A stretch of DNA of 64,000 bases from Tubulanus polymorphus (taxonomy: Eukaryota; Animalia; Nemertea), in NCBI RefSeq assembly GCF_964204645.1, contig NC_134032.1, forward strand, positions 16,425,337 to 16,489,336, read 5' to 3'. Shown here in pieces: positions 35,560 to 57,847 of this stretch (positions are counted from its first letter, which is position 1; every line of letters starts with the position of its first letter). The position numbers and the translations under genes are program-made. The notes beneath the pieces were generated by a model. The model made no database searches. It had not been told where the DNA came from and was given only the letters and a program-made list of their open reading frames with translations.

Positions 35560-38500
35560 ACTCTCTCTACCTCCTCTCTCTCATCGACCTCCTCTACCTC
35601 CTCTACCTCCTCTCTCCTCCATCGACCTCCTCTACCTCCTCTACCTCCTCTCTCCCCCATCATCGACCTCCTCTACCTCCTCTCTCCCATCGACCTCCTC
35701 TACCTCCTCTACCTCCTCTCTCCCCCATCGACCTCCTCTACCTCCTCTCTCCCCCATCGACCTCCTCTACCCCCTCTCTCCCACATCGACCTCCTCTACC
35801 TCCTCTACCTCCTCTCTCTCATCGACCTCCTCTACCTCCTCTCTCCCCCATCGACCTCCTCTACCTCCTCTCTCTCATCGACCTCCTCTACCTCCTCTAC
35901 CTCCTCTCTCCTCCATCGACCTCCTCTACCTCCTCTACCTCCTCTCTCCCCCATCATCGACCTCCTCTACCTCCTCTCTCCCATCGACCTCCTCTACCTC
36001 CTCTACCTCCTCTCTCCCCCATCGACCTCCTCTACCTCCTCTCTCCCCCATCGACCTCCTCTACCCCCTCTCTCCCACATCGACCTCCTCTACCTCCTCT
36101 ACCTCCTCTCTCTCATCGACCTCCTCTACCTCCTCTCTCCCCCATCGACCTCCTCTACCTCCTCTCCCCCATCGACCTCCTCTACCCCCTCTCTCCCACA
36201 TCGACCTCCTCTACCTCCTCTCTCCCCCATCGACCTCCTCTACCTCCTCTCTCCCCCATCGACCTCCTCTACCTCCTCTCTCTCATCGACCTCCTCTACC
36301 TCCTCTCTCCCCCATCGACCTCCTCTACCTCCTCTCTCCCCCATCGACCTCCTCTACCTCCTCTCTCCCCCATCGACCTCCTCTACCTCCTCTCTCCCCC
36401 ATCGACCTCCTCTACCTCCTCTCTCCTCATCGACCTCCTCTACCTCCTCTCTCCCCCATCGACCTCCTCTACCTCCTCTCTCCCCCATCGACCTCCTCTA
36501 CCTCCTCTCTCCTCATCGACCTCCTCTACCTCCTCTCTCCCCCATCGACCTCCTCTACCTCCTCTCTCCCCCATCGACCTCCTCTACCTCCTCTCTCCTC
36601 ATCGACCTCCTCTACCTCCTCTCTCCCCCATCGACCTCCTCTACCTCCTCTCTCCCCCATCAACCTCCTCTACCTCCTCTCTCCCCCATCAACCTCCTCT
36701 ACCTCCTCTCTCCCCCATCGACCTCCTCTACCCCCTCTCTCCCACATCGACCTCCTCTACCTCCTCTACCTCCTCTCTCTCATCGACCTCCTCTACCTCC
36801 TCTCTCCCCCATCGACCTCCTCTACCTCCTCTCTCTCATCGACCTCCTCTACCTCCTCTACCTCCTCTCTCCTCCATCGACCTCCTCTACCTCCTCTACC
36901 TCCTCTCTCCCCCATCATCGACCTCCTCTACCTCCTCTCTCCCATCGACCTCCTCTACCTCCTCTACCTCCTCTCTCCCCCATCGACCTCCTCTACCTCC
37001 TCTCTCCCCCATCGACCTCCTCTACCCCCTCTCTCCCACATCGACCTCCTCTACCTCCTCTACCTCCTCTCTCTCATCGACCTCCTCTACCTCCTCTCTC
37101 CCCCATCGACCTCCTCTACCCCCTCTCTCCCACATCGACCTCCTCTACCTCCTCTACCTCCTCTCTCTCATCGACCTCCTCTACCTCCTCTCTCCCCCAT
37201 CGACCTCCTCTACCTCCTCTCTCCCCCATCGACCTCCTCTACCTCCTCTCTCCCCCATCGACCTCCTCTACCTCCTCTCTCCCCCATCGACCTCCTCTAC
37301 CTCCTCTCTCCTCATCGACCTCCTCTACCTCCTCTCTCCCCCATCGACCTCCTCTACCTCCTCTCTCCCCCATCGACCTCCTCTACCTCCTCTCTCCTCA
37401 TCGACCTCCTCTACCTCCTCTCTCCCCCATCGACCTCCTCTACCTCCTCTCTCCCCCATCGACCTCCTCTACCTCCTCTCTCCTCATCGACCTCCTCTAC
37501 CTCCTCTCTCCCCCATCGACCTCCTCTACCTCCTCTCTCCCCCATCAACCTCCTCTACCTCCTCTCTCCCCCATCAACCTCCTCTACCTCCTCTCTCCCC
37601 CATCGACCTCCTCTACCCCCTCTCTCCCCCATCTACCTCCTCTACCTCCTCTCTCCCCATTGACCTCCTCTACCTCCTCTCTCCCACATCTACCTCCTCT
37701 ACCTCCTCTCTCCCCCATCGACCTCCTCTACCTCCTCTCTCCCCCATCGACCTCCTCTACCTCCTCTCTCCCCCATCGACCTCCTCTACCTCCTCTCTCC
37801 CCCATCGACCTCCTCTACCTCCTCTCTCCCCCATCTACCTCCTCTACCTCCTCTCTCTCATCGACCTCCTCTACCTCCTCTCCCCCCATCTACCTCCTCT
37901 ACCTCCTCTCCCCCATCGACCTCCTCTACCCCCTCTCTCCCACATCGACCTCCTCTACCTCCTCTACCTCCTCTCTCTCATCGACCTCCTCTACCTCCTC
38001 TCTCCCCCATCGACCTCCTCTACCCCCTCTCTCCCACATCGACCTCCTCTACCTCCTCTACCTCCTCTCTCTCATCGACCTCCTCTACCTCCTCTCTCCC
38101 CCATCGACCTCCTCTACCCCCTCTCTCCCACATCGACCTCCTCTACCTCCTCTACCTCCTCTCTCTCATCGACCTCCTCTACCTCCTCTCTCCCCCATCG
38201 ACCTCCTCTACCTCCTCTCTCCCCCATCGACCTCCTCTACCTCCTCTCTCCCCCATCGACCTCCTCTACCTCCTCTACCTCCTCTCTCTCATCGACCTCC
38301 TCTACCTCCTCTCTCCCCCATCGACCTCCTCTACCTCCTCTCTCTCATCGACCTCCTCTACCTCCTCTCCCCCCATCTACCTCCTCTACCTCCTCTCTCC
38401 CCCATCGACCTCCTCTACCCCCTCTCTCCCACATCGACCTCCTCTACCTCCTCTACCTCCTCTCTCCCCCATCTACCTCCTCTACCTCCTCTCTCTCATC

Positions 38501-39585
38501 GACCTCCTCTACCTCCTCTCTCCCCCATCGACCTCCTCTACCTCCTCTCCCCCATCGACCTCCTCTACCTCCTCTCTCCCCCATCGACCTCCTCTACCTC
38601 CTCTCTCCCCCATCTACCTCCTCTACCTCCTCTCTCTCATCGACCTCCTCTACCTCCTCTCTCCCCCATCGACCTCCTCTACCTCCTCTCTCCCCCATCT
38701 ACCTCCTCTACCTCCTCTCTCTCATCGACCTCCTCTACCTCCTCTCCCCCCATCTACCTCCTCTACCTCCTCTCCCCCATCGACCTCCTCTACCCCCTCT
38801 CTCCCACATCGACCTCCTCTACCTCCTCTACCTCCTCTCTCTCATCGACCTCCTCTACCTCCTCTCTCCCCCATCGACCTCCTCTACCTCCTCTCTCCCC
38901 CATCGACCTCCTCTACCTCCTCTCTCCCCCATCGACCTCCTCTACCTCCTCTCTCCCCCATCGACCTCCTCTACCTCCTCTCTCCCCCATCGACCTCCTC
39001 TACCTCCTCTCTCCCCCATCGACCTCCTCTACCTCCTCTCTCCTCATCGACCTCCTCTACCTCCTCTCTCCCCCATCAACCTCCTCTACCTCCTCTCTCC
39101 CCCATCAACCTCCTCTACCTCCCCTCTCCCACATCTACCTCCTCTACCTCCTCTCTCCCCCATCGACCTCCTCTACCTCCCCTCTCCCACATCGACCTCC
39201 TCTACCTCCTCTCTCCTCATCGACCTCCTCTACCTCCTCTCTCTCTCATCGACCTCCTCTACCTCCCCTCTCCCACATCGACCTCCTCTACCTCCTCTCT
39301 CCTCATCGACCTCCTCTACCTCCTCTCTCCCCCATCGACCTCCTCTACCTCCCCTCTCCCACATCGACCTCCTCTACCTCCTCTCTCCTCATCGACCTCC
39401 TCTACCTCCTCTCTCCCCCATCGACCTCCTCTACCCCCTCTCTCTCTCATCGACCTCCTCTACCTCCTCTCTCCCCCATCGACCTCCTCTACCTCCTCTC
39501 TCCCCCATCGACCTCCTCTACCTCCTCTCTCCCCCATCTACCTCCTCTACCTCCTCTCTCCCCATTGACCTCCTCTACCTCCTCT
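35560..39585. repeat. 4-kb polypyrimidine/polypurine satellite (CATCGACCTCCTCTACCTCCTCTCTCCC)n
   Basis: ~26-37-bp variant units with higher-order blocks (294-bp direct duplication at the start). The 1353-aa ORF cycles between three frames of the unit. Confidence 0.95.
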
Positions 39586-40228
39586 TATTCGCGTGTGGCT
39601 GATATTGAAACCATTTGATGATTTATTTTATGAATATTTTAATCGACTCTCCTCGAGTCGTGCAGAATCGGTTGTCAACGTGTCAACCGGTTGCCTGGAG
39701 CCATCATACACATCTTGTTTCAATTCTAACGAAGAAAAAGTGGATGTATCTCCGGCTACGTGGCTGTATTACCCTATAACGGATGGCTGCGTATTATAAC
39801 CCTATAACGGGTGAATAGAAAACATGATGGATTAGTATGAGATATCCTATTAATGTGTGTATTTGTCACTTGTTGCATCATTGTCAGCAGCAGCAGCAGC
39901 AGCAGCAGCAGCTAGTGTTAACTCATTATGGGTGCAAACTATTCTAAAAAGCGAAATAAATATTCAAAGGTAGGAAAATAAATAAAAGTTTCTTTTATGA
40001 AATAAGGATGAGGTTTCTGTAGTTAAATTATTTCTAGTTTTTGTGAAACAAAATAAATAATTACGGAATAAAAATCAATTTTCCGGATAAAATAAGAAAA
40101 TAATCTGAAAATTCATATTTTTGCGAGTATTTTAACTGAAGATTTTCGGTAATTAAAACCATAAAATTATGATATTAACAGATTACCAATAAATTCACTG
40201 ATTTCATAGATTTAATGAAAAGTATTAG

Positions 40229-49562
<9,334 letters not shown>

Positions 49563-49939
49563 AACACCTCTACCCTCCCTCCCCGTCAATCCCTCCCTCC
49601 CTTCACCCCTCCATCCCTCCCCTCCCTCCCTTCACCCTTCAATCCCTTCATCTCTCCCTCCTCCCTCCATCTCTCCCTCCTCCCTCCATCTCTCCCTCCT
49701 CACTCCATTGCTCACTCCTGTTGAACTATTGTGTTGTATGATAAATTATTTGTGATTAGATATTTTGTGATAAAAATGAATGTGTGTGATTTGATTTGTA
49801 TGAATAATGTTTATAAACACTGCCTTCAAATTATCTGCACTGCTGCATTTACATTTACCATAAACGGCTACTTATACAATATACGAACAGTTCAAAATAT
49901 TTGTGTTTTATTTTCACTGTCTGGACTTAGCATGTTCAT

Positions 49940-50700
49940 GGAGGAGGATGTACAGGAGTGTCCCGGGTTCGAACCAAGCAATTACTGATACAAATTCAGA
50001 GTGCTCCTGATGCTGTATGGAGGAAGTGCAAGGTTTGTGGGGTTCGCCATCTATCGGAATTTCACTGAACTCTCGGAAATTTCTATTCTTGCTAATGATA
50101 ACGTTTGACAATGAGAGGTATTTTACATGCGCCATCTAACGGAAAATGACATTAACACATTGAATCGAAAGATAAAAGGTTCTCCTTCGTAATTACTGAT
50201 ATTGATTCAGAGTGGTCCTGATGCAGAATAGAGATGATCCGGGGTGTCCCGGGTTCGAACCCAGTAATTACTGACACTGGTTCAGAGTGGTACTGATGCT
50301 GAATGGAGGATGTTATTGTACAGGGGTGTCCCTGGGTTCGAACCCAGTAATTACTGGTACTGGTTCAGAGTGGTCCTGATGCTGAATAGAGGATGTGCAG
50401 GGGGTGTCGCGGCCGTACGGTGCTGCCGCTATGCTCATCGTTAGCGGGTTTTTCATACACTAACGCAAGCCAACTCTGGCAATCGATGTGCTTCCCTGTT
50501 ACTGCCATAACCCTAGCTTGCCATAGTTGACTAACTTTAGTGTATGAAAATCCCGCTAACAATGAGCATAGCGGCAGCACCGTACGGTGAAATGTTGATA
50601 TCTTAAAAGTAATTACTGACACTGATTCAGAGTGGTCCTGATGCAGAATAGAAGATGTACAGGGGTGTCCCGGGTTCACAGTAATTACTGTGTCCCGGGC
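49940..50700. repeat. Degenerate ~80-bp tandem/dispersed repeat containing GGTTCGAACC
   Basis: TTACTGACACTGATTCAGAGTGGTCCTGATGC..GGGGTGTCCCGGGTTCGAACCCAG, about 5-6 copies. Confidence 0.7.
50413..50587. mobile_element. Near-palindromic MITE
   Basis: CCGTACGGTGCTGCCGCTATGCTCAT..TTTTCATACACTAA / TTAGTGTATGAAAA..ATGAGCATAGCGGCAGCACCGTACGG, arms of ~70 bp. Confidence 0.8.
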
Positions 50701-50771
50701 TCCATTCTGAACTAGTGATTTAGGAAATTTGAAATGGATTGCGACCCTAACACTTATCGTAGAATGATACG

Positions 50772-50997
50772 CGAGTATGGTCACCACACCTGACCGGTCA
50801 CCAACACTGACCAGACTGGCTTAGAAACTATGTCCGGCGGTTGTGGTCGATGGCCTAGTGGTTAGTGTGCTCGGCTGGCACGCTGGAGGTGTTCGGTTCG
50901 AATCCTGCTAGGGTTAGGGTTACGGACGGGCTACGGTTAGGGTCATGGACGAGCCGGCTAGTTATGGGCGCAGTTTAGTATGTGACCCAGTATTCGA
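50772..50997 (+). mobile_element. tRNA-like + TTAGGG repeat (copy 3) with imperfect inverted ends
   Basis: TGGCCTAGTGG, CGGCTGGCACGCTG, GGTTCGAATCC, TAGGGTTAGGGTTA. Ends CGAGTATGGTCAC / GTGACCCAGTATTCG. Confidence 0.65.
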
Positions 50998-51388
50998 GAA
51001 GTATATTTTGGTGTGAATTTTTGTAGGCTATATTTCTAATTCAATCATTTTGATAATCCGACTACAATTCACATAATAATGAATTTGGAAGCAATTTTTA
51101 TTTCTGATTTTTTAAACGGAACCGGTTTGAATCCCGTAGTCCAATTTTGGTGACAGACAAAAAGCGTCACGCAATAAATGATGTATTATATATAGTGTGT
51201 GCGCGACTCTTGGGTATTTCACTCTTTACTGACAACATATGTTTTATGTATTGAACGCGAGCTCGATGTTGGTTTTTATAGATATTTCACAGCATAATGC
51301 GTAATACACTGAACTGGAGCTCGTATGTGCGTTCAGTTGAGTCCTGGGACGGTTCTGATGCTGGTGCTGCTGGTGCTGGTGCTGCTGG

Positions 51389-51422
<34 letters not shown>

Positions 51423-51446
51423 TGTAACAGGAATACGCCTTCAAAC

Positions 51447-54400
51447 ATGATCGGGATGTACGTCAGAATTAGTTTTATTCTATGGTTATTTGTGGTGTTT
51501 ACTGCGGCTCAAGACGTCGATGAACCGCGCTGTACAATCATTAAAATAGGTCAGTATAGTAACAGTACCGCCTTGCCTCCAGAGGTGACCTTGTCCTAGT
51601 TAGGGGTGACCTTCGTAGAGCGTCCTCTGGGTGGAAACCGTTACAATACTGTTCATAAACATTTATACCCAGCATATGCGCTATCTATGGAGTTCTGTGA
51701 ATTTTAGAATTTATCTTTAATGAATTATATTTGACTCTTGTTTCATTTTTCATTTTAATCAACAATATTGTGCAACCACCATACTCCCTGACGAGGGCGA
51801 CGGTTTATCGGGGGTTGTTGTTAACTCGTTTATCTCGTTTAAATTGATACCAGTTTACAATTGGCTGTAAAACTCCGCTCATAATAAACACCGCAGTGTC
51901 GTCTTGTTATTGTGATAGGTTTGATAAGAGGAGATGACGAATTCAGAACCGGTGCGATTGAAATTATCTTAAGAGGTTTGGTCAGTACTCAGAGATTTGA
52001 AACTTCGAGCGCAATAGTGCAATATTTCTGGAATCGCACAGCACCAGTTTTATGTACAAATAATCGACCAGGATACAAGTTAATCACAAGAGTAGTTCAC
52101 GTTCTACCAGGACGATACAGCATTCAACGTGAGTAGTTTTATCTGTGGTCAGTCAATGGCAGTTGCCCCCCCCCCCTCCACTCACAGTCAGTGGCAGTCT
52201 GTCAGCCCCCCCCCACTTACAGTCAGTGGCAGTCTGTCAGCCCCGCCCCCCCCCCCACTCACAGTCAGTGGCAGTCTGTCAGCCCCGCCCCCCCCCCCCA
52301 CTCACAGTCAGTGGCAGTCAGTGGCAGTCTGTCAGCCCCGCCCTAGTCAGTGGCAGATTTGATATAAACTTTTAAATTTTTAAAATTTTAGGCAATGAAA
52401 TTTTGAAAGCAGATTACGATATTTTTATCGGTTCAGTTAACGAATTAGTGTTGAACATAGCGATGACTCATTCGATCCCGTATATTGTATACGAGATGGG
52501 AACAACAGATATCAAACAGCGACGCAGCGACAAATTCCGCAATTCTACAATTATCAACATGTTCCCGTTATTTCAAGATACAATACATGTTTTCACCGAT
52601 TTCGCCTCAGTGCACGCTAGAACAAGGATCTACCTATTGGCCGGCTCTGAATTCGCTGAGAGTGAGTTTATTTCATTATGGATGAACGGCCGGATAAGCT
52701 GGTTGTTGTTGCTGGTATTAATCCCGGTATATTGTTGTGTTGTAGAGGCTGCCAGTGTCCGACAGGCATTTAGTGGTAACAACCAGTACATCGAGTTAAA
52801 CATCGGACTTCCTGGGAAATCCTTTAATGCGCCCTCTATTGCTAAAACCATCGTCGAAAAAGACATCGATATCGTGTTTTACTGGTTATTTAAGGAACGA
52901 TTTGATATTTTTCAGGTGATTCAGTTAAGTGTGAACCTCGGTTTCGGTTGTGAATCAATTGTAAATTCTGGATTTTGTTTCAGGTTATAGTTGAAACACA
53001 GCGACGAAGACAAGGTAAAGAAAATATCGTGTGGGTCGATTCTAACTTGGTAAGTGACTATAGATACTGGTTCCTGCCTCGGCTGGGATTCCAACCTCTA
53101 TCATTAACTCCTCCTCCCTTTCAATCTATTTACAGGATGAAAACTTACGACGCGATTATATTGAAATAATAAAACAACACGATACAAGGACATATTGGTT
53201 CGCTATTTCTGCTCTACCATCTTTAGTTTATAATCATCGGTTCCATATTTTGGTAAACGAGCTGAAACCGTTCGAAGTTAAAAACACTGACCAGATATCT
53301 ATAGGTCTCGAGCCGATTATTTTACTGATGCGCGCGCTACAGGAAATATCGTATCGCGAGTTTACGAGTAAAAAACTGGCGAAAATTCTCAAAACGGTAC
53401 AAAACATGAAAATACAACTTAAACTCGATTAGTCGCAGTGATGATCATAACATCGTTGATTACTCATCGAAATAATGACTTTTACACTTAGTTAATTGAA
53501 TTAAGAAAATAAATAACGACTCGTAATTACGAGTAATAGGGATGATTTCAGTCACGTGACGACCTATACAAATGATGATGTAACAAGGTTTAACTACGTT
53601 TCAGGTCAATGAATCGATCAGATGCAGATGTTGAATTTTAATTCAATGTCGTTTAATAATTGTTGATTTATCGCACGCGCAGGAATTCCATCCATTCCAT
53701 ATACAATACGATCATGTACGCCACCTTTTATCGTTTAAGGTCACTATAAACCATGTAATAGATAAACGTCACTGGTGGAGGAGCGATGTTCACATCGCTG
53801 GTGATGTTTCATTCGATGAATTTGGAACCAGGGAAAATTTCACGTTATTTCTAAGACTTCGGAATCTGCGCGGAGTTTTCAAAGAAGTAAGTTTGAAATG
53901 TCGAAGCATAAGTGAAAACTCATACTGCGCCCTCTACTGACAGTTTTGTTTATTACAATACAGAAACTATGGTTGTCGAATGATAAAACTTTACCACATT
54001 TGTTCAAATCAGCGAAACGAGACAAGGACAAAATGATCACAATAGCAGCAGTACTGGTAAGTCTCCTCGGCGGGTCAGTAGCTGAGCGGGGGGGGGGGCA
54101 TGAATAGCAGCAGTACTGGTAAGTCTCCTCGGCGGGTCAGTAGCTGAGCGGGGGGGGGGGTGCACGAATAGCAGCAGTACTGGTAAGTCTCCTCGGCGGG
54201 TCAGTAGCTGAGCGGGGGGGGGCACGAATAGCAGCAGTACAGGTAAGTCTCCTCGGCGGGTCAGTAGCTGAGCGGGTGGGGAACCCCCTCTGGATCCGCG
54301 CCTGCAGTTATTGCAATTTACTATGCTTTATATACAATTAATGCAATGTTTCTGAATTTCAGGATGAGCCATTTATCTTTCATAAAACTATCAATACAGT

Positions 54401-56451
54401 CGACTATAAACACGACAATAAAACGAGACCATTGTCTGATTTTCAAGGTTTATGCGTCGACATTTTGAAAAAGATCAAACGTTATCTCCGCGATTATCAA
54501 GGTTTAAATGTGGATTTCCAGATATTACCCGTTACTAGATACGGTCAATTAGAACGCGCAGGTGATTGGTCGGGCGCATTTGGTTATCTAGTAAGTGTTG
54601 TTTGTGTCTGTGATACTAACTAAGACCCATTTGGACACGCGCCTTTTTCTTCCTAACTCCTATTAATGGTTTTTCTTAAACACTCGATTCATCCCACATG
54701 GCTGGGGGTCTCACAGGTTTGATCCTTCATCAATCACACGTGACCGTTATATGTAAATTGTTTTCTCTCTGGCAGCACAACTCGTTGTATAACGTCAGTC
54801 TACTGGTCGGTGGAATATCATCAAATAAACAACGTTTAGCTGATTTTGAATTCACCGACGGTTACATATTCGACGGAATATCATTCATTTATAAGAAACA
54901 TTCCTATTACAACATGTTCGGATTTGCGAAACCGTTTGATTTGAAAGTTTGGTTCGCCCTCGCTATCGCGCTCATCGTCAGCGCCATCTTTTATTACGCC
55001 GTCTACCGGTTAAATCCTAGCGGAGCGGACAACGACCCGGACACCAGGTTCGATTTGAAGCAGAGTTTCTGGTATTCGTACAGTACTATTATTCAAGCTG
55101 GCGCCCCCTATGAACCGGTTCGGTTGCACATGCGCGTGTTCAGCTCATTTTACTTTTTCTTCGCGCTGATAGTTATAGGCTGTTACACGGGTAATCTAGC
55201 GAACTTCCTCACCGAACAGAATTACCCGAAAATGAATTCATTCGAACAACTTAGAACAACGCAAAGAAAACAAGGCAATGAGATATTCATGATAAAAGAC
55301 GGCGCCACTGAGTTATATTTTGAAGATCAGGCTCGGTATTATTTGAAGAGCGGGGACTCGATTAAATGGAAAACGGTGAAATCAGCGATTGAAGGAATTA
55401 AAACGGTGGAGAACTATACGAATTCTGATACTAGAATATTCATCAGTAACTGGGTTCGTCTGTCGTACGCAGCAGGTAAACCATGACCTCACAACGCGTC
55501 ATAATGACCGTCAAATCCTTAGTGCTAGGGGTTGGACATTTAACGGGTTGTTTCTATAAACAGGTCGAGCGGATCGATGTGATCTAGTGGTTTCTCCATC
55601 TCTGGTAGATATTCAACCATTAGCGTTTGCCATGCGTCGAGGTTATGTGCTCAAATCTGACATACAACACGCGATGCAAGCTTTATTGAGCGAAGGGAAG
55701 GTCGATCAGTCCATGAATTAGTGAGTTCAACTTAAACTTAGTCCGATGCTACAGTTAAATTAAACCCTAACCACAACTCTAAAACCGGGTCCACAGTAGA
55801 AATCAACTCACACAACTGTGGAACTGGATTCAGAGTCAAACCTAACCCACACAACTGTGGAACTGCAAAAGCCTAAACTAATGTAGAATTGTATATTTGA
55901 TACTGAAGTAATATATGATTTATGTTTGTATAGTTGGTTGAGACCGCGAGGTAAATGTCAAGTTTTTACCAAGGAAGATAAAGATGAAATTGAACCGTTA
56001 ACTATTCACCATTTTGCTGGTATAATGATCATTCTTACTGTGATGGTTATTTTCTCGTTTATCGTCGTCGGAGGGAAATTACTATTCTATAAATGTGGAG
56101 GCAAACGAACCCCGATCAGAGCACCGCCGGTAATTATTTCATCATCTAACCCCGATCAGAGCACCGCCGGTAATTATTTCATCATCTAATCCCGATCAGA
56201 GCACCGCCGGTAATTATTTCATCATCTAATCCCGATCAGAGCACCGCCGGTAATTATTTCATCATCTAATCCCCAAATGATGAATAGACGAAATCAATAT
56301 GTTATAAAAGTCACATATTTAGTTCGTCCTAAAGTGCGGAAACCTGTTATCGCTGCCTGGCGGCTATTTTTATATATTCGTTATTTTCCAGGATGAAACC
56401 GAGGAAAATGAAACGAAGAAACTAAATCCCGGTGGTATGAAATTAAAATAA
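51447..56451 (+). CDS. Divergent ionotropic glutamate receptor family subunit with amino-terminal domain
   Basis: Signal peptide; S1 EPF..FQGLCVDIL..YG..WSGAFGYL; M1 FAKPFDLKVW; pore SFWYSYSTIIQAG; M3 CYTGNLANFL; S2 DGAT..CDL..LAFAM; M4 PLTIHHFAGIMIIL. Confidence 0.85.
52150..52355. repeat. ~40-bp repeat in an iGluR intron
   Basis: ACTCACAGTCAGTGGCAGTCTGTCAGCCCC(C)n, 4-5 copies. Confidence 0.8.
54041..54276 (+). repeat. ~62-bp repeat x4 spanning an iGluR donor
   Basis: AATAGCAGCAGTACTG|GTAAGTCTCCTCGGCGGG.., with donors at 54057, 54119, 54183 and 54243. Confidence 0.9.
56111..56272 (+). repeat. 40-bp repeat x4 spanning the last iGluR donor
   Basis: CCCGATCAGAGCACCGCCG|GTAATTATTTCATCATCTAAY. 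Confidence 0.9.
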
Positions 56452-57847
56452 ACTACTAATTACTTAATTACAATTAACAACATAATCTTTAAATACAATC
56501 AGCTGTTTTTTCCTTTTTGCAGTAAAAAATCAAACACAGACCTCGAGTATCTGAAAAACTGTGACGTCATACGTTTACTAATCACGTGACATAGATGTTA
56601 ATATCACATGGCGTCGTCGAAAGCTACTAATCACGTGACATACGTCATATCTCTCATGACGCCATGTATCGAATAATCACGTGACTACGCAGATTAGGGG
56701 CAGGCGAGTTGAATTTAACCCCATGACTAACAATGTGAACCATGACCTGAAATCTACAGGGTTTTTCTCTATATTTTTACTATATACATGTTTTTTCGTT
56801 GATATTTTTCTAATGAGTGTCTGATTTTATAACGTATCGATGTAAGGGTTTTCACTTGAAGGTATAAATTAAAAATATAACATAAAATATCTATTACAAA
56901 TTGATAAATAAACTACATGTATATTTGAATAAATGTTCTAATTACAAGTAGAATGATTCCGTTTTTTATTTCATATTTCTCCCGTCTTGGTATTACCTTC
57001 TCGATGAGTGCTGCCCTCTAGTGGTGCCCTCTAGTTCAGCAGTTTGACTAGAGTTTATCTAATATTACTAGACATCTTCGAATGCTAACATATAATTCTT
57101 ACTCTCAGTGTCATTTGGGGAATTCATCGCATTACTGAAATCATGTCTATTTTTTGGTTCAAATTTATGATTCCAATCCAATTTACAAAGTGTTAGTCAT
57201 TTTGATAAACCATTAGCACTGATGAAGTCAGTCTCTGGGGATGACGACATTTCACACATATAAACGGTTTTAATGATGTTGAAAGGATGCAGGTTACAGG
57301 CTACAGATTGTCTGAAGGGTTTCAGGTTCCAGGCTGTAGATTGTCTGGAAGGAATGCAGGCCCCAGGCTGTAGATTGTCTGAAGGGATGCAGGCTCCAGG
57401 CTGTAGATTGTCTGAAGGGATGCCGGCTCCAGGCTACAGATTGCGATTCTGTGATTTTTGAAAACACTCCCGATATTCAGATCGTAAAACCAGTAAATCT
57501 AAAATATGTCAAAACCTAATTTATTAATAATTTGCCGATATAAATATTAGAGAAAATGTTACATCATTTTCACAATAATACATTCTAGTTAAACTGGTGC
57601 ATATAGTATAGACGAGCCAGAGACTGCGGGGTCCGGTAACATGGCGGCGAGACGAGCCAGAACTGCACCGACAAGCTTAGCTTTATCTATGGCTCCCCTG
57701 CTGTTATTTTACCTAAACGTATATAAACAAGATCATAATGTCTATATTATCAAAATTGTAATTGTATTCATTATATATTGAGGTTGATTATCGAGGAAAT
57801 AAAATGATATGATGATATTATTATACGTCTATCAACTATAGTGAAGT

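Noticed and set aside
35557-39618. 1353-aa ORF
   Set aside because: Stop-free low-complexity satellite; the peptide cycles through the frames of one unit.
50845-50910. Functional tRNA-Ala(GGC) gene
   Set aside because: No proper acceptor stem, the 3' side is replaced by TTAGGG, and copies are diverged. Treated as a repeat.
57190-57260. Hammerhead ribozyme (CTGATGA..GAC)
   Set aside because: GAAA is replaced by GACA, and there is no valid NUH cleavage site or stem III.
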